From the sequence record NZ_CP118109.1: a stretch of 64,000 bases of DNA. One strand, written 5' to 3'. The notes under the pieces are model-generated. The model was not told the DNA's origin, did not search any database, and saw only the letters and a program-made list of their open reading frames with translations. The position numbers and the translations under genes were made by a program. Of the stretch, positions 9,201 through 18,503 are shown piece by piece; position 1 is the stretch's first letter, and every line of letters begins with the position of its first letter. The stretch comes from a plasmid.

Positions 9201-12132
9201 CACTGTCCTCCGCATCCGACATAGCAAGTCGGTAGCTGTTAGGTCGATGCTCAGTAATACGATCTCCTCGGTAGGCCGACTTAGAACCAAACGCCCACCA
9301 TCTACTCTTACGCACTTCATCCACGCCATACTGCAGGTATTCTTCATACTCTTCAGCAGAGTATGCTTCCTTCTCATCAATCGGCGTTCCGCCATATCCA
9401 AGAGCAGATGCAGCAATGTAGCCCGGACCTACAGGACCAATGCCCGGAAGATAAATGCTAGGCATAGCGGCAAAGTGATCAATCCCAGGAGTGAGCATCC
9501 TTGCCCTTTTCTCTTCCTCTGTCTTTCCACTTTCATCATCAGCCCAAGCTTCAATGAGATTCGTTCTAGCCTTATAGTTTTCCCAGCGATCAGATACACT
9601 CTGTCCTGTAGACTGCTCAACTTCCCAATCCAAATACTGAGCGTACTGTGTGCCAAGATAGATTGGAAGGAATCTCTTGAGCATTAGGGAAGACATCATC
9701 TTCAGTGGGCTTGTCATTGAGTCATCTGAGAATCCAAGCCCAAGATCACCTAGGGCATCCTGCAGACGATAGATCGGATAGTTGGCTCCAAAGATCGAAA
9801 GGTTTGTGAAGTCCTCCATGTTTCTTCGACCCGTCCGAAGTCCCATCTGTTTTGCTTTATCTCCGAAGTCCGTGAAGAACTCAAGAAATCTTCCAGAGGT
9901 AGTCGTTGATTCAAATGCCTTATTCACCGCAATATATTCATCGTTTATACGGTTGACTGGTCTTGTTCCAGAGAACTTTTGAAATAGAGGATTGGTTACA
10001 TGAAGATTAGCTTTCACATTATCCTGGAATTTCAAAGCTTCTGGCGTCTGTCCGGTCATTAGATTATTAATGTCGTTAATTGCACCTGAAGGATTCGAGT
10101 TGATCCCGATTTCTGACTTCTTGTATTGTGCATGGCTGAATAGGAACTGTGTATCTTGCCACTCTTGTTTCGTCAGCTTGTCTGCATCAAAGAGATCGTC
10201 CGTATACTGTCTGAAATCAAATGGACTCATTGTGTTCATTTGCTTCCGGTGAACAAGCTGATTGATCAGATCGATACTAAGCTGCTGATGAATGCGATCG
10301 AATCCCGTTTGAATATTGGTATATTCTCCAAGCCAAGAGGAATCCCCTACGGGTCTTTTAGAATGCAGGAAAGCATCCGGATCGCGCTCATACTTTTGCC
10401 AGAGTGATTTCAGTTCACCGCTTGCCATTCTCTTTCCATCACCTTCACCCATGAAGCGAAACACTTTCATAAAGTCATCTTGCGTGCTGAAGGTAATCTC
10501 ATTAGCCTGAACAAAATCTCTCAAGCTGGCTGGCATATCATCCATCATATTGTTAAGGGATCGGGCAGATAATCCTTTAGTGTACTTCTCAAAATAAGCC
10601 CTGACAGCATAAGAACTCTCTTGATCGATACCGCCTTGAAGGGCTTTATTAATGACATTACGTTCCCAGTCTGGATTAAAGAACTTATTAACTCTCCCTA
10701 GCGCCCCATGAATGGCAGCATCCTTATCCTGCCTTCCTAAATCAAAGACGCCAGCAAAGAAGTTTCTCTGGCCACCTTCTTCGGTCATCATGCCTGACAC
10801 TTGCCGTGTTACCTTGCCAATCGTTCCGAATCTTGATGAGGTAAGAAACATATCACGCTGCTTATTTAGTACTTCCATACCTGCATCTGTGTTGACCGCG
10901 TTATCGTCAAAGAGACGAACGAATTTACCGTTGACGTAGATTAGCGGTTCATGGGCTCTCTCTTTGACATCTAAGCCACGTTGAGCGTTGAGTCCTGGCT
11001 GAACTACATCTCGGTTAAATATGCGGAAACTGGCAATCTCACGAGCTTCTTGCATATTGATGTTATCCCGCATGTGCATGAGTCCGCCCGGCAACGTCTT
11101 GGCGGCCCACTCTTTAACGCCTCTGCGCATATCATCATATGTTTTGTAATCGGTCCAATCGATGATCTTTCCGTTTCTCTCTCTAATGTATACATTCTCA
11201 TCAAACACAGATTGGCCAAACTTTTTGTTGTACTGCATGATCTCTTCCATGTGAGCAACAAGCTTAGGATCTACCTGCATAACTCCATTCTTATTCATGG
11301 CTAAGATGTCTTCTACAGTAGCCTGTCTGTGTCCATTCATTACGCCCTTGTATCGAGCTTCTTTTCGGGTCAGCGTATCCATCTGCTCGGCAGTAAACTT
11401 ACGCATCTTGGTTTGAATGCCTTCGATCCATTCGCGGGCTTCTTCTGAATCAGCACGATAATTCCTATTTCGATAGGCGTCTTGAATACGAGTAAATTGG
11501 TCAATTGCTTCCCGATCAGAAACACCGTGCTTGCGAAGGTGGGATGCCATCTGCTCGGACGGGAGCGATCTTAGGAACCCAGGATCTCCGCTCTCCATTG
11601 CACTTTGAATAGACTTTGCATGCTTAGGCATACGTGTTTCCACTTCTTTAAGAACGTCCCGGTACCGCAATCCTTCTTGGATGTGAAACGGTACTTGCTC
11701 CGTAATCATCTGTTCTCGCTGACGGATGTAGCGCTGCATATCGTATTCTTCTGCACCGCCGCGCCGACTAAACTCTCTCATCTGTTCAGTCTGACGCTTC
11801 ACTAATTCACTTCTTCGTTCATTGAATCTCCGGATCGATCCCGGCAAATCCCTTGTCAGAGTTCTTGAAGGACGCTGCTCTTGCATGATCTCTCTAGCCG
11901 CCTGATAGGAACCTTTAACTTGGGTATCAAAAAAACGCGTGATTTGTCGGGTAGCTCCGGTACGATGCATTAAAGCTCTTGCTGCAATGACACCCCCTAC
12001 TGCGATACCTGCCTTTGCAAAAAAGGACATTTCATCATCCTCTTCATTTGATTGCAAAAAGCGGGTCATTGGACGACTGTCATTATCTAAATAGGGGGTA
12101 AACTTATTCTCATCGTATTGTTCTCGTTCCAA
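6259..12132 (-). CDS. 1957-aa protein, putative tail tape measure protein
   Basis: Position after tube and chaperone-like genes; very long, mainly helical/charged; Gly-rich hydrophobic segments near N-terminus (GIAVGGVIAARALM) and C-terminus (GAIAGAAVGGFLNIFG..GIVGALGAGIGNLY). Confidence 0.5.
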   Translation of the reverse strand: MEREQYDENKFTPYLDNDSRPMTRFLQSNEEDDEMSFFAKAGIAVGGVIAARALMHRTGATRQITRFFDTQVKGSYQAAREIMQEQRPSRTLTRDLPGSIRRFNERRSELVKRQTEQMREFSRRGGAEEYDMQRYIRQREQMITEQVPFHIQEGLRYRDVLKEVETRMPKHAKSIQSAMESGDPGFLRSLPSEQMASHLRKHGVSDREAIDQFTRIQDAYRNRNYRADSEEAREWIEGIQTKMRKFTAEQMDTLTRKEARYKGVMNGHRQATVEDILAMNKNGVMQVDPKLVAHMEEIMQYNKKFGQSVFDENVYIRERNGKIIDWTDYKTYDDMRRGVKEWAAKTLPGGLMHMRDNINMQEAREIASFRIFNRDVVQPGLNAQRGLDVKERAHEPLIYVNGKFVRLFDDNAVNTDAGMEVLNKQRDMFLTSSRFGTIGKVTRQVSGMMTEEGGQRNFFAGVFDLGRQDKDAAIHGALGRVNKFFNPDWERNVINKALQGGIDQESSYAVRAYFEKYTKGLSARSLNNMMDDMPASLRDFVQANEITFSTQDDFMKVFRFMGEGDGKRMASGELKSLWQKYERDPDAFLHSKRPVGDSSWLGEYTNIQTGFDRIHQQLSIDLINQLVHRKQMNTMSPFDFRQYTDDLFDADKLTKQEWQDTQFLFSHAQYKKSEIGINSNPSGAINDINNLMTGQTPEALKFQDNVKANLHVTNPLFQKFSGTRPVNRINDEYIAVNKAFESTTTSGRFLEFFTDFGDKAKQMGLRTGRRNMEDFTNLSIFGANYPIYRLQDALGDLGLGFSDDSMTSPLKMMSSLMLKRFLPIYLGTQYAQYLDWEVEQSTGQSVSDRWENYKARTNLIEAWADDESGKTEEEKRARMLTPGIDHFAAMPSIYLPGIGPVGPGYIAASALGYGGTPIDEKEAYSAEEYEEYLQYGVDEVRKSRWWAFGSKSAYRGDRITEHRPNSYRLAMSDAEDSDTDLTNEERWSEANMLPTFRNPLGGLAYAFGMKDPYYWERKHFYDRPYLITGSLFNPNTPFFGDIGNATIGQLIKPTEKMHPEYWGDPILMQEQTSEFGNRPNSPIVTRFSPGGRTENVVYADSEDYGANQYTRDADTSAPRYIQIHQKDAEGNQTGAYVAQEVNTGQAIYVPANVANKDYTIEELFNIAEKTDDDTLIKTKPRAMFDDGFAYKQELENRKLEDLQDPTQAGWLMQEAWENWSEPLGVYKWILQDEVFGYNPYEGKTVIEKADAAYNLSNAFQSLNAGSLGGQLSEIGRRFIRRDDGQLDKFNPIRNTMPDWLPGSDYFIDFQSGDPYQKIENGEYRLPGETYEKLNQLHPDETGAYGAFDKFKILADVAPWSDEYKFWRDYVVETSTDAELRKQAAEIKRQVAQRKQKYEFTPYRFEGAELEYQQATVRKFLDDYSFVTEEFGDQVFRLAGVDLRGKAEGVLRSYLGIGDQVTIGLNGDESKQISNDTYKTARVVVYNEDIGNINRDILARGLMKENLTDFSAAGVFSRFSDSEISKGARWERIAHYESPLNTKFLQVRTALEEYERDQVYGKDWATWENFLIDDYLIPGFQSIIRHDLDESMMRGAIAGAAVGGFLNIFGASKKNILRSGIVGALGAGIGNLYRQNYEKETGEAWIPERRRIENDINEYFDVLKYMKFRGLYEQAKVDAAEAGYDVDAILGSEEARQEMNKQRKRDLEDQKIRLFIDQPEGWEDQRKAINKEIELMGQGFNEVQLPQEVLMAMHYKDMYERTVYGADPYGDRMKLASAFPYKDKWFFDDFVEAPEKDRQRILEVIPENQRRIYKALWGMENEGPAPLEEVFSKFVLPDPGWIGWNPKVDLDDMKVKAVQEAGLDMSDFNFWTDDVVSSSYLPDISPEGNDVYLNGPQFSGYQEMQDNIRAVLEGQGLTDVDIRIAPNGGNETSVNFRYEEDRSHEIDNYFKENMDSLM

Positions 12133-12275
12133 GCTATCACCTCATTTCATATGCGTATTTCTCATACCATCTCATTAAATAAAGCGCCCAGCAGGTTTGG
12201 ATCATCCACTGCCCATCCCCATACTTTCGATTCACTCTGCGATCGTAATCGATTCGGCTCACCAACTCCCAAGCC

Positions 12276-13049
12276 TTAAACATCGAACTCGCCTCTAAGG
12301 TCGTCCTGAGTTTTAAACAAGGCTAATTCCGGGAAAGATTGATTGGCCATACTTTTACTAAGGTCAACTTTCTGATTTGAAACTTGAGACATCATGGCTT
12401 CTAGTTCTTGCTGTGACAGTTCCTTCCGGCTCACATCGCCTCTTTGTCTAGCTTCTGGTGGCTTCTCTGGATTCGCTAAAGGTGAGGCCTCAGCTCTTTG
12501 TTGTGGAGACATAGCCATAGGCATCGGAGCAGGAGTTGCTTGCGCCTGCTGCATAGCCATTAATTCCTCTTGAGAGTAGACTTGTAAAGGCACCCCTCGT
12601 AGATTTTGCAGTATCCATTCGGCTCGAGCCAAGTAATACATTGTTTTTGGTACCGGCCAGCTCGCTATTTCTTCAAGCGTATATTTAGGGAACGCTTCTT
12701 GGATCACACAATCAACCTGAAAATTATAATCCGTCATATCTTCCCGATGATAGTTTAGCAGCTGCTCTGCCTGATCTTGATTACTCAACATAGAGTTGTC
12801 TAGGATATACGAGCAAAGCGAAGTAGCATACCCATCTGTTGTTCGGAAGTTAAAACCTATAGGATAGATCGTCGCAATCTCACAAAAGATTTCCTCAGCT
12901 TCGCTAGGAGATATATCTTTCATCGACATGACAAAGTTATACTCATTGCGTCCAAGCATTCGATATACGAAGGCTTGCTCATTAATAGTGCATGCAAATA
13001 TTTCTCCGTACTGCTCTTTCCATTGTTCGATCTCTTTTTGTGTATACAT
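12276..13049 (-). CDS. 257-aa hypothetical protein (tail assembly chaperone-like position)
   Basis: ORF with RBS AGGTGA; sits between the acidic chaperone-like ORF and the tape measure candidate. Confidence 0.5.
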   Translation of the reverse strand: MYTQKEIEQWKEQYGEIFACTINEQAFVYRMLGRNEYNFVMSMKDISPSEAEEIFCEIATIYPIGFNFRTTDGYATSLCSYILDNSMLSNQDQAEQLLNYHREDMTDYNFQVDCVIQEAFPKYTLEEIASWPVPKTMYYLARAEWILQNLRGVPLQVYSQEELMAMQQAQATPAPMPMAMSPQQRAEASPLANPEKPPEARQRGDVSRKELSQQELEAMMSQVSNQKVDLSKSMANQSFPELALFKTQDDLRGEFDV

Positions 13050-13061
13050 ATTATCACCTGA

Positions 13062-13093
13062 TAAAAAATGAAGCAGAGCGAACAGCCCTGCTT
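13062..13093 (-). terminator. Hairpin AAGCAG-N11-CTGCTT followed by TTTTTTAT on the minus strand, overlapping the stop of the 151-aa gene: partial terminator/attenuator
   Basis: Stem plus T-run. Confidence 0.4.
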
Positions 13094-13547
13094 ACAATTG
13101 GATTGGCGCCGACTGGGCGACGAATGCACTTTGAGACATAATCATTTCGGACAATACACTTGGTCTTCCTGCGGAATCTGACCTAACCTCTTCGAGTGTC
13201 ATTCTGGGGTGCAGAAGACAGGTGCTGGTCATATGGTCCTCACGATCCATCGTATTTAGATCTTTGTTTTCAATAATATTTCGATACTCTGGACGAGTTA
13301 AAGTCCGCCAAATGTATACTCCGTCTGAAAATGGAGTAAAGTAAATCCTCTTATGCTCTTTCTTCCATTCTTCAACGATTCTGCGTGTTGGTCCTCCTTC
13401 AAAAACAGGAATATTCAACTCTTCTTCTGTATATTCTTCTTGCACTTTTTTAACTTCTTCTTTAGCTGCTGCTCCTGTCTCTTCATCTACAGGAAGCTGT
13501 TTTTCCTTCATATCCTCATCCATATCAAAAAGCGTTGGCTGTTCCAT
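13092..13547 (-). CDS. 151-aa acidic protein, possible tail assembly chaperone
   Basis: Small, highly acidic ORF upstream of the tape measure candidate; motif-carrying promoter region upstream. Confidence 0.5.
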   Translation of the reverse strand: MEQPTLFDMDEDMKEKQLPVDEETGAAAKEEVKKVQEEYTEEELNIPVFEGGPTRRIVEEWKKEHKRIYFTPFSDGVYIWRTLTRPEYRNIIENKDLNTMDREDHMTSTCLLHPRMTLEEVRSDSAGRPSVLSEMIMSQSAFVAQSAPIQL

Positions 13548-13572
13548 CTTTAATCCCTCTCTTAAATCATAT

Positions 13573-13586
13573 TGTAACGCATTACA
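13573..13586. promoter_or_regulatory. TGTAACGCATTACA motif copy, 26 nt upstream of the ATG of the 13547 tail-assembly operon
   Basis: 14-bp near-palindrome recurring at operon starts. Confidence 0.5.
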
Positions 13587-13604
13587 TTTTTATTATACTT
13601 GCTT

Positions 13605-14372
13605 TTATCTTACATATAAAGGACCATTTATATCTCTGGCAATGAAATTGTAGACTTCCGTGATAGGCTGACCTTCAAAAGATGTACCGATGCCGACTTT
13701 GGATAAGCCATTAAGCTGCACTCCGTTTACTGTCTCAACTGTCACATTTGCAGGAGTTCTAAAACTTCCTGCAGTTGTAAAGAACTGCGTCCCCGGATTT
13801 AGCGACTCACTGACTGCACCATAGTTGATCTTAATATCGAAGCCGTAAGGATCAGCAGGGAAAAACGTTGTATATGGATTCGTCAACCTAGATTCATCAT
13901 CGGACGTTCCCCATAAAGCAGCTTCATATTCCTCAGCGATCTGCTCAAAGCTTTCCTTGCCATACATCGTTAGAATCTCATCCAACTTGTACTTTTTGAA
14001 ATCTTCTTTCTTAATAACGCCTTCCTGCTGTGCCTGATTGACCGCATAATTAATTGCGGTTGCATTCTTCAGCACTTCTTTCAGATATCCTACGCCCTTG
14101 AAGTTGATGCTGAACTGTCCTTGAACCATTCTCTGTCCGCGGGCAACCGTATCCATCGTATAGGAATGATATCCGTAAACCGGCAGCACCTGCTCACTCA
14201 GTGCAAACTGAATGGATGTCGCTTCGTCTACCCAAATATCTCCGAAGAATAAATTAACGTCTGCTCCTGAAAAGTAATCTTCATTAAATATCTGATACTC
14301 GACTCGATTATCGGGGCGCTTATAAAGGTTCCCTTGAGGGGATGGTTTTCTCCTTGAGCTATAAATGGCCAT
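13605..14372 (-). CDS. 255-aa tail tube-family paralog (tube initiator/terminator-like)
   Basis: Shares the segment LSEQVLPVYGYHS..RGQRMVQGQFSINF with the two tube proteins (..APIYTMGSPD..RGKRGISGSLVFTQF; ..FPVRALGRST..RGMRTITGVMSFTMF). Confidence 0.5.
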   Translation of the reverse strand: MAIYSSRRKPSPQGNLYKRPDNRVEYQIFNEDYFSGADVNLFFGDIWVDEATSIQFALSEQVLPVYGYHSYTMDTVARGQRMVQGQFSINFKGVGYLKEVLKNATAINYAVNQAQQEGVIKKEDFKKYKLDEILTMYGKESFEQIAEEYEAALWGTSDDESRLTNPYTTFFPADPYGFDIKINYGAVSESLNPGTQFFTTAGSFRTPANVTVETVNGVQLNGLSKVGIGTSFEGQPITEVYNFIARDINGPLYVR

Positions 14373-14857
14373 TATTTAATCACCCTTCTCATTGGATCAA
14401 TATCCAGAGCATAAAACTCATAGACGGATTCGGTGAGTAAGCTGTTAATACTTAATGACATACCTTCTGTATAAGTTGTAACACCATAAATCGTCAGTGC
14501 ACTTTTTGCTCCAAACTCATTTGCCATTGAAATGGTGATATCAAACATAGGCATCTCATCCATAAGCATGTTGTATCCTAGCTTTTTCACTTCTTCCATT
14601 GCTTGAAGAACAATGCTTTCATCAAACATCGTAAAACTCATCACACCAGTGATCGTGCGCATCCCCCTAGTGAAACCTTTCATGGTGCTTCTTCCTAGTG
14701 CTCGAACCGGAAACTTCTCTCTGAATATAGAATATGAAATAGTGGATAATTCACCGAATACTTGCGGCCCTTTTCCGGGCATATTAATAGTGGCTACGAT
14801 ATCTGAACCGGCGTAACTGGTGAACGTATGCATGTAGCCATTGGTCGCTCTTTTCAT
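14372..14857 (-). CDS. 161-aa tail tube protein paralog
   Basis: N-terminal FTSYAGSDIVATIN motif shared with the 240-aa tube protein. Confidence 0.55.
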   Translation of the reverse strand: MKRATNGYMHTFTSYAGSDIVATINMPGKGPQVFGELSTISYSIFREKFPVRALGRSTMKGFTRGMRTITGVMSFTMFDESIVLQAMEEVKKLGYNMLMDEMPMFDITISMANEFGAKSALTIYGVTTYTEGMSLSINSLLTESVYEFYALDIDPMRRVIK

Positions 14858-14884
14858 GGTGGCACCTCTTTCCTATAAGTATGT

Positions 14885-14913
14885 AAAAAAGGGCAGCCCT
14901 TTTGGAGCTGCCC
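14885..14913 (-). terminator. Rho-independent terminator GGGCAGC-N9-GCTGCCC followed by TTTTTT (minus strand), between the two tube genes
   Basis: 7-bp GC stem plus T6. Confidence 0.6.
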
Positions 14914-14921
14914 TTTGTCCA

Positions 14922-15644
14922 TTAGAGTACCGTTCTGAACAAATCGCCTACAGTGGAAATCATACCGTCAGAGCCTTCATTGCGGAGGTTATCTTTCGGA
15001 CGAACACCTTTCAGCTTGCGGGCCACGAACGTATACGCCTTAGCAGTAATAACATCATCTACAGAGAATCCAGAACCTTCATTCAAGACTTGAATACCAT
15101 AGATCTCCATACCCATGCGTTGACCGTACTCATTGGCACCAGTGATTGTGATATTGAATGGCATCAATTGGTCAGCGTATTCTGGTACATAGAAGCCAGT
15201 TAGGTTAGAATCATCGAATGAGTTAGCCCCTGTCTTCGCATAACCAAGACGAGTCATTTCATCATCCCATGCACTAATGCCATAACCGCGTTCTGTGTTT
15301 TTCAGACCGAAGATCAAGTCATCATCCATGTTTGCTTTGTATTGCTGGAAGGTTTGCATTGCCGGTGCGCCGGAATACGTTTTTTCCATTTCGCTAAGCA
15401 GAGCATCACGGTCGAACTGAGTAAATACCAACGATCCGCTGATTCCGCGCTTACCACGGGAGAACGAGCGGGCATCTGGCGACCCCATCGTGTAGATCGG
15501 TGCGACCTCACGAGTAACGGAGTAAGTAATCGCCTGGAGTTCACCAATGAGTCGTCCATTGAATGTTGCGACGATATCTGAACCAGCGAAGGAGCTAAAC
15601 GAGCGTGTATAGTTCTCCATGCTAGTGCCTGCGTTAATAGCCAT
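14922..15644 (-). CDS. 240-aa tail tube protein (major)
   Basis: Immediately downstream of the sheath gene; SFSSFAGSDIVATFNG motif; bracketed by hairpins. Confidence 0.55.
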   Translation of the reverse strand: MAINAGTSMENYTRSFSSFAGSDIVATFNGRLIGELQAITYSVTREVAPIYTMGSPDARSFSRGKRGISGSLVFTQFDRDALLSEMEKTYSGAPAMQTFQQYKANMDDDLIFGLKNTERGYGISAWDDEMTRLGYAKTGANSFDDSNLTGFYVPEYADQLMPFNITITGANEYGQRMGMEIYGIQVLNEGSGFSVDDVITAKAYTFVARKLKGVRPKDNLRNEGSDGMISTVGDLFRTVL

Positions 15645-15694
15645 TAAATTTCACTCCTTTATATTAGTTCTGGGGCAATTAAGCCCAAGAAGTA

Positions 15695-15722
15695 TGGTTC
15701 GGCATGTTTTACTATACCGAAC
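15695..15722 (-). other. Stem-loop GGTTCGG-N14-CCGAACC between the sheath stop and the tube start (no clear T-run)
   Basis: 7-bp perfect stem. Confidence 0.35.
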
Positions 15723-15729
15723 CTGATGA

Positions 15730-18501
15730 TTATGAAGCTTTCAAAACTACAGAAGCATTGAACTTTCTCAGTTCGAACTGTGGAACGAGTTCCAGTGTAA
15801 TGAATGCATTACCAAGGACTTGATCGGCAGCGCTGGAGAAGATAACGAAGTTAAAGCGTTGAAGAACTCCATTTTCTTTCAGTGCATCGAGTCCTGCCTG
15901 AATCTCAGCAGATAGTGCATTTCGCTGAGCCAGACCGTTTGGCAATCCGATATACGGTTCAGCCTTTCTGCGAACCAACTGTACCGACAGGTGAGTGATT
16001 CGGATTGTAGAAAGACGACCATAGTCAGAGTTTGGACGAGCAGCTGTTACACCGTCTTTTACTGAAACCGCGCGATTCGTGCCTGTAGTCGAGAAGGCTT
16101 TCGTATCGAACGTTACATAGCGTCCGCCAATCAGTTGGTCATGCTGCCCTTCGGAAAGACGATAGCGAAGACCGTATACAGAAGGCAATTGCTTGTTAGT
16201 CGTTGCAACTTCGGCATTCAGTGTAGTGATCAGGGAACCGTACACCAGAGCACCCGGCGCAACGTAGTTGCCAACTTGGTCGCTTGTAAGTCCTACTTCT
16301 GGTCCAAATACAACACTCACATATCGACCAACGTCAATGGTCTCACCTTTCTCGTTGAGCACATATTCATGCGTAGCTTCGTTAAACATGCTGTGCATGT
16401 TCACATAGTCCAAACGAATACCCGCATTTTCATATGTCTTCTTCCGCTCATCTGTGATCAGGGTTTCAACACCAGTAGCGATGTCTACATATTCTTGTAC
16501 AGCCAGAAGAGTAGATTCGAGAGCAGGAGCCATACTAATAACACCGATGGTCTCATAAGTCTTCGCAGTAACAACCGCACAGTGCTGTGCCAGCTGTGTT
16601 GCAAAGTTCTTTTCAGGTGCCAGTGGATCGATAATACTGTTTGCATAAGCATCTACCAGTACGATAACGTCAACAGCATAGTTTTCCAGTCGATTGTAAA
16701 TACCTTGGCTTGTCAGCTTGATATTTCCGAAACCGTCTGATTCATAAGTGCCGCCGAGCTTTTCATAAAGCTTAGCCATATCTGCTGGCTTCGTTGGATC
16801 AAAGAGTCCGTTCTGTCCGAGCCATGGGAAACGATCTGGAGAATCAATGGCTTGAGTTGGGTCCTCTTTAATTACACCTGGGCTTTCTTCACCGAGGTAC
16901 ATTGGAGCTGTTTCAAGCAATCCTTGAACTCTTACGCTACCAAACTCATTCGGGCAGAAGAGTCGAACAACGTTGTTGTTTGGATCAGTGTTGACATATT
17001 GAACCAGTTGGCGAAGCGTGCGTACTGCTGTTAGCGCCTTAGTTTTATATCTCAACGCATTATCCTGAGAAGTCAGCTTTTTCTCGGTCGGTTTGTGGAA
17101 GATAATAATCTTCTCTACGCCTGCTGGATCTTCTGGATCAACCTGAATTTCAACTCGAACACCTCGAAGAGTCGTTGGATCGTATTGATCTGTCAGGCTT
17201 CCGTAAACCTCACCATCGTATTTACCGTAAACGAACAACTTAGGATCACTTGCGGTATTGCTGGATGTTTTATATCCTGCATACAATTGAACGCCTACCG
17301 GAACAGCGCCTGCAAAAATAGTTACTTGTTTATCAGAGATATCCAAGCCATACCCTGCTGGATCAACAACAACCTTATTTTGACCTTCCATATAGAAGAT
17401 AGAGAACTGGTCACTCATTGGAGTGTAGTTCAGGTTGTAGGGAGTATCCTGTCCAGGAACAGTTGCAGTCACTTCTGTTTTATTTGCAAAGGAAGAGTAC
17501 CAAGCGTATTCAACAGTAACCGTTACGTTGCCTGTGATATCTGGATATACTCCTTTCGCTACTTCAGCATCATAAGCTGCTGTGAAGAAGATACCGCCGT
17601 CTTTGTAATCACTAGCAGATACCGCATCTGTAAGTGGGTTTGCTGCGTTAAATCCTTTACCTACACGGTAGATCAATTCTCCTGCAGGAGTCGTGGAAGA
17701 AATCGTTGCAACCACGCCAGTAGTATTGTCTTTTACAACAACAACTGGAACGTGTCCACTTTCAAGCTTGTCCGACCAGTTTCTACGGGAAGAATAGAAA
17801 TAATGATTTTCCTGCACATCACGATTCAATGTGTAATCTGGATCGGTGTAATCAGGTATTCCGCCTTCGTCCGCTTTAGGAACCATAGTGTATACATAAT
17901 TCTCGTAATCGAATGACATCTTAACTGTGTTGCCAGGACGCATTTTGTCTGCATAGAAGTATGCTTTTTCTTGGCCAGCGATAGAAGCATCGACATTACG
18001 AATTGCATTTGCAATTACCTTGGACACGCCAGTATCTTTATCAATCTCAGACACTGTGATCTCACCAACAAAACGTCCATTTTCAGGAATGCTCAGATTA
18101 GCAGAGAATGCGGTATTTCCTTTTGCATAATCAAGGAACTGCTCAGTAGCGCGGGCAAGGTCTTTCGCATTCAAGACTGTTTGAGCGGATTTACCGTCTA
18201 CACGAATCAAGCGAATGTCATCGTTGCCAGCTAGAATAGATTCGTACATGCCTCGAACCAGAGAGGAACCATTCGGTTCTTTTGTAGTGCGATCAAGCAT
18301 GCCACCAAATAGCTTGTCCACTTCTTTGATGCCGAGTTCACGGACAGATACTGGTTCACCAGTTGGACCATCCACTGCACTGCCGATAATCAGTTTGGAC
18401 TGAGTAGTCGCAGTTTGCTGAGAGCTGCCGGTAAATAATTGACCGTCTTCATAGGTTACTTTAACACCAGGCAGATTTTCGTACTTTTCAGTAGTTGCCA
18501 T
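15730..18501 (-). CDS. 923-aa contractile tail sheath protein
   Basis: N-terminus ENLPGVKVTYEDGQ...KLFGG...IRLIRVDG resembles the sheath N-terminal PG(V/I)..E...FG..LR(V/L)(V/I)R pattern (T4 gp18-like); size and position before the tube. Confidence 0.6.
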   Translation of the reverse strand: MATTEKYENLPGVKVTYEDGQLFTGSSQQTATTQSKLIIGSAVDGPTGEPVSVRELGIKEVDKLFGGMLDRTTKEPNGSSLVRGMYESILAGNDDIRLIRVDGKSAQTVLNAKDLARATEQFLDYAKGNTAFSANLSIPENGRFVGEITVSEIDKDTGVSKVIANAIRNVDASIAGQEKAYFYADKMRPGNTVKMSFDYENYVYTMVPKADEGGIPDYTDPDYTLNRDVQENHYFYSSRRNWSDKLESGHVPVVVVKDNTTGVVATISSTTPAGELIYRVGKGFNAANPLTDAVSASDYKDGGIFFTAAYDAEVAKGVYPDITGNVTVTVEYAWYSSFANKTEVTATVPGQDTPYNLNYTPMSDQFSIFYMEGQNKVVVDPAGYGLDISDKQVTIFAGAVPVGVQLYAGYKTSSNTASDPKLFVYGKYDGEVYGSLTDQYDPTTLRGVRVEIQVDPEDPAGVEKIIIFHKPTEKKLTSQDNALRYKTKALTAVRTLRQLVQYVNTDPNNNVVRLFCPNEFGSVRVQGLLETAPMYLGEESPGVIKEDPTQAIDSPDRFPWLGQNGLFDPTKPADMAKLYEKLGGTYESDGFGNIKLTSQGIYNRLENYAVDVIVLVDAYANSIIDPLAPEKNFATQLAQHCAVVTAKTYETIGVISMAPALESTLLAVQEYVDIATGVETLITDERKKTYENAGIRLDYVNMHSMFNEATHEYVLNEKGETIDVGRYVSVVFGPEVGLTSDQVGNYVAPGALVYGSLITTLNAEVATTNKQLPSVYGLRYRLSEGQHDQLIGGRYVTFDTKAFSTTGTNRAVSVKDGVTAARPNSDYGRLSTIRITHLSVQLVRRKAEPYIGLPNGLAQRNALSAEIQAGLDALKENGVLQRFNFVIFSSAADQVLGNAFITLELVPQFELRKFNASVVLKAS

Positions 18502-18503
18502 TT

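Noticed and set aside
16135-18234. Plus-strand ORFs antisense to the sheath gene (16135..16740, 17095..17916, 17971..18234) and similar antisense ORFs elsewhere (22699..23334, 25889..26590, 32305..33051, 40719..41237, 50476..50922, 51930..52361, 53004..53567, 54057..54617)
   Set aside because: Embedded in the opposite strand of long, well-supported genes; Cys/Phe/Ser-rich low-complexity translations; no RBS.
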